Of a stretch of DNA of 64,000 nucleotides, positions 63,761-64,000 are shown piece by piece. The DNA is taken from positions 248,186,001 to 248,250,000 of the forward strand of contig OZ360222.1 of the NCBI GenBank assembly GCA_977017645.1, written 5' to 3'. The notes beneath the pieces were generated by a model. That model saw only the letters and a program-made list of their open reading frames with translations. It was not told where the DNA came from and ran no database searches. Source of the DNA: Torpedo marmorata. Its lineage: Eukaryota. The position numbers and the translations under genes are program-made. The number at the start of each line of letters is the position of its first letter. The first letter of the stretch is position 1.

Positions 63761-64000
63761 CATTCTAAAACAACTCTACTATTTATTATGAATGTTTATT
63801 ACATATGTACTGAATATACGTATCGTGTGTTTTGTCTGTACATGTGTTTTGCACTGTTCTGTATTATTGAATGACTTCAACTTGAAAGATTTGTTCTGGA
63901 CTCCTTGCCTGGGGTAGTGGTCAACAAGTACCTGGATGGACACCTGGAGAGCCTAATTTCAAAACTCTGATAGGTGTTTGCAACCAAACGATTGGTGTAC

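Overview
Repeat-dense vertebrate genomic DNA, most likely from a cartilaginous fish. V-SINE/HE1-type SINEs and CR1 LINEs point to an elasmobranch, and a rapsyn fragment closely matches my recollection of Torpedo rapsyn, suggesting an electric ray. I found no intact host protein-coding gene; most of the window is transposable elements: L1-clade, CR1 and Rex1/Babar LINEs, Penelope-like elements with hammerhead-like motifs, about 11 tRNA-derived SINEs, Tigger- and hAT-type MITEs, a young full-length Gypsy element (39022-43661), a young non-autonomous BEL/Pao element (46337-52462) and a degraded class III ERV-like provirus (~53470-59212). Three observations stand out. (1) The BEL element has near-identical LTRs and an intact 1313-aa ORF (SAP-Gag-protease) in which RT/RNaseH/integrase are replaced, in frame, by a segment resembling host MIPOL1. 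(2) An intron-less RAPSN fragment lies inside hAT-like termini. (3) Both young LTR elements lack a tRNA primer-binding site and instead carry a PBS-position sequence complementary to their own LTR, suggesting self-priming. Homology calls are from motif recognition and memory, not database searches, and many boundaries are approximate.
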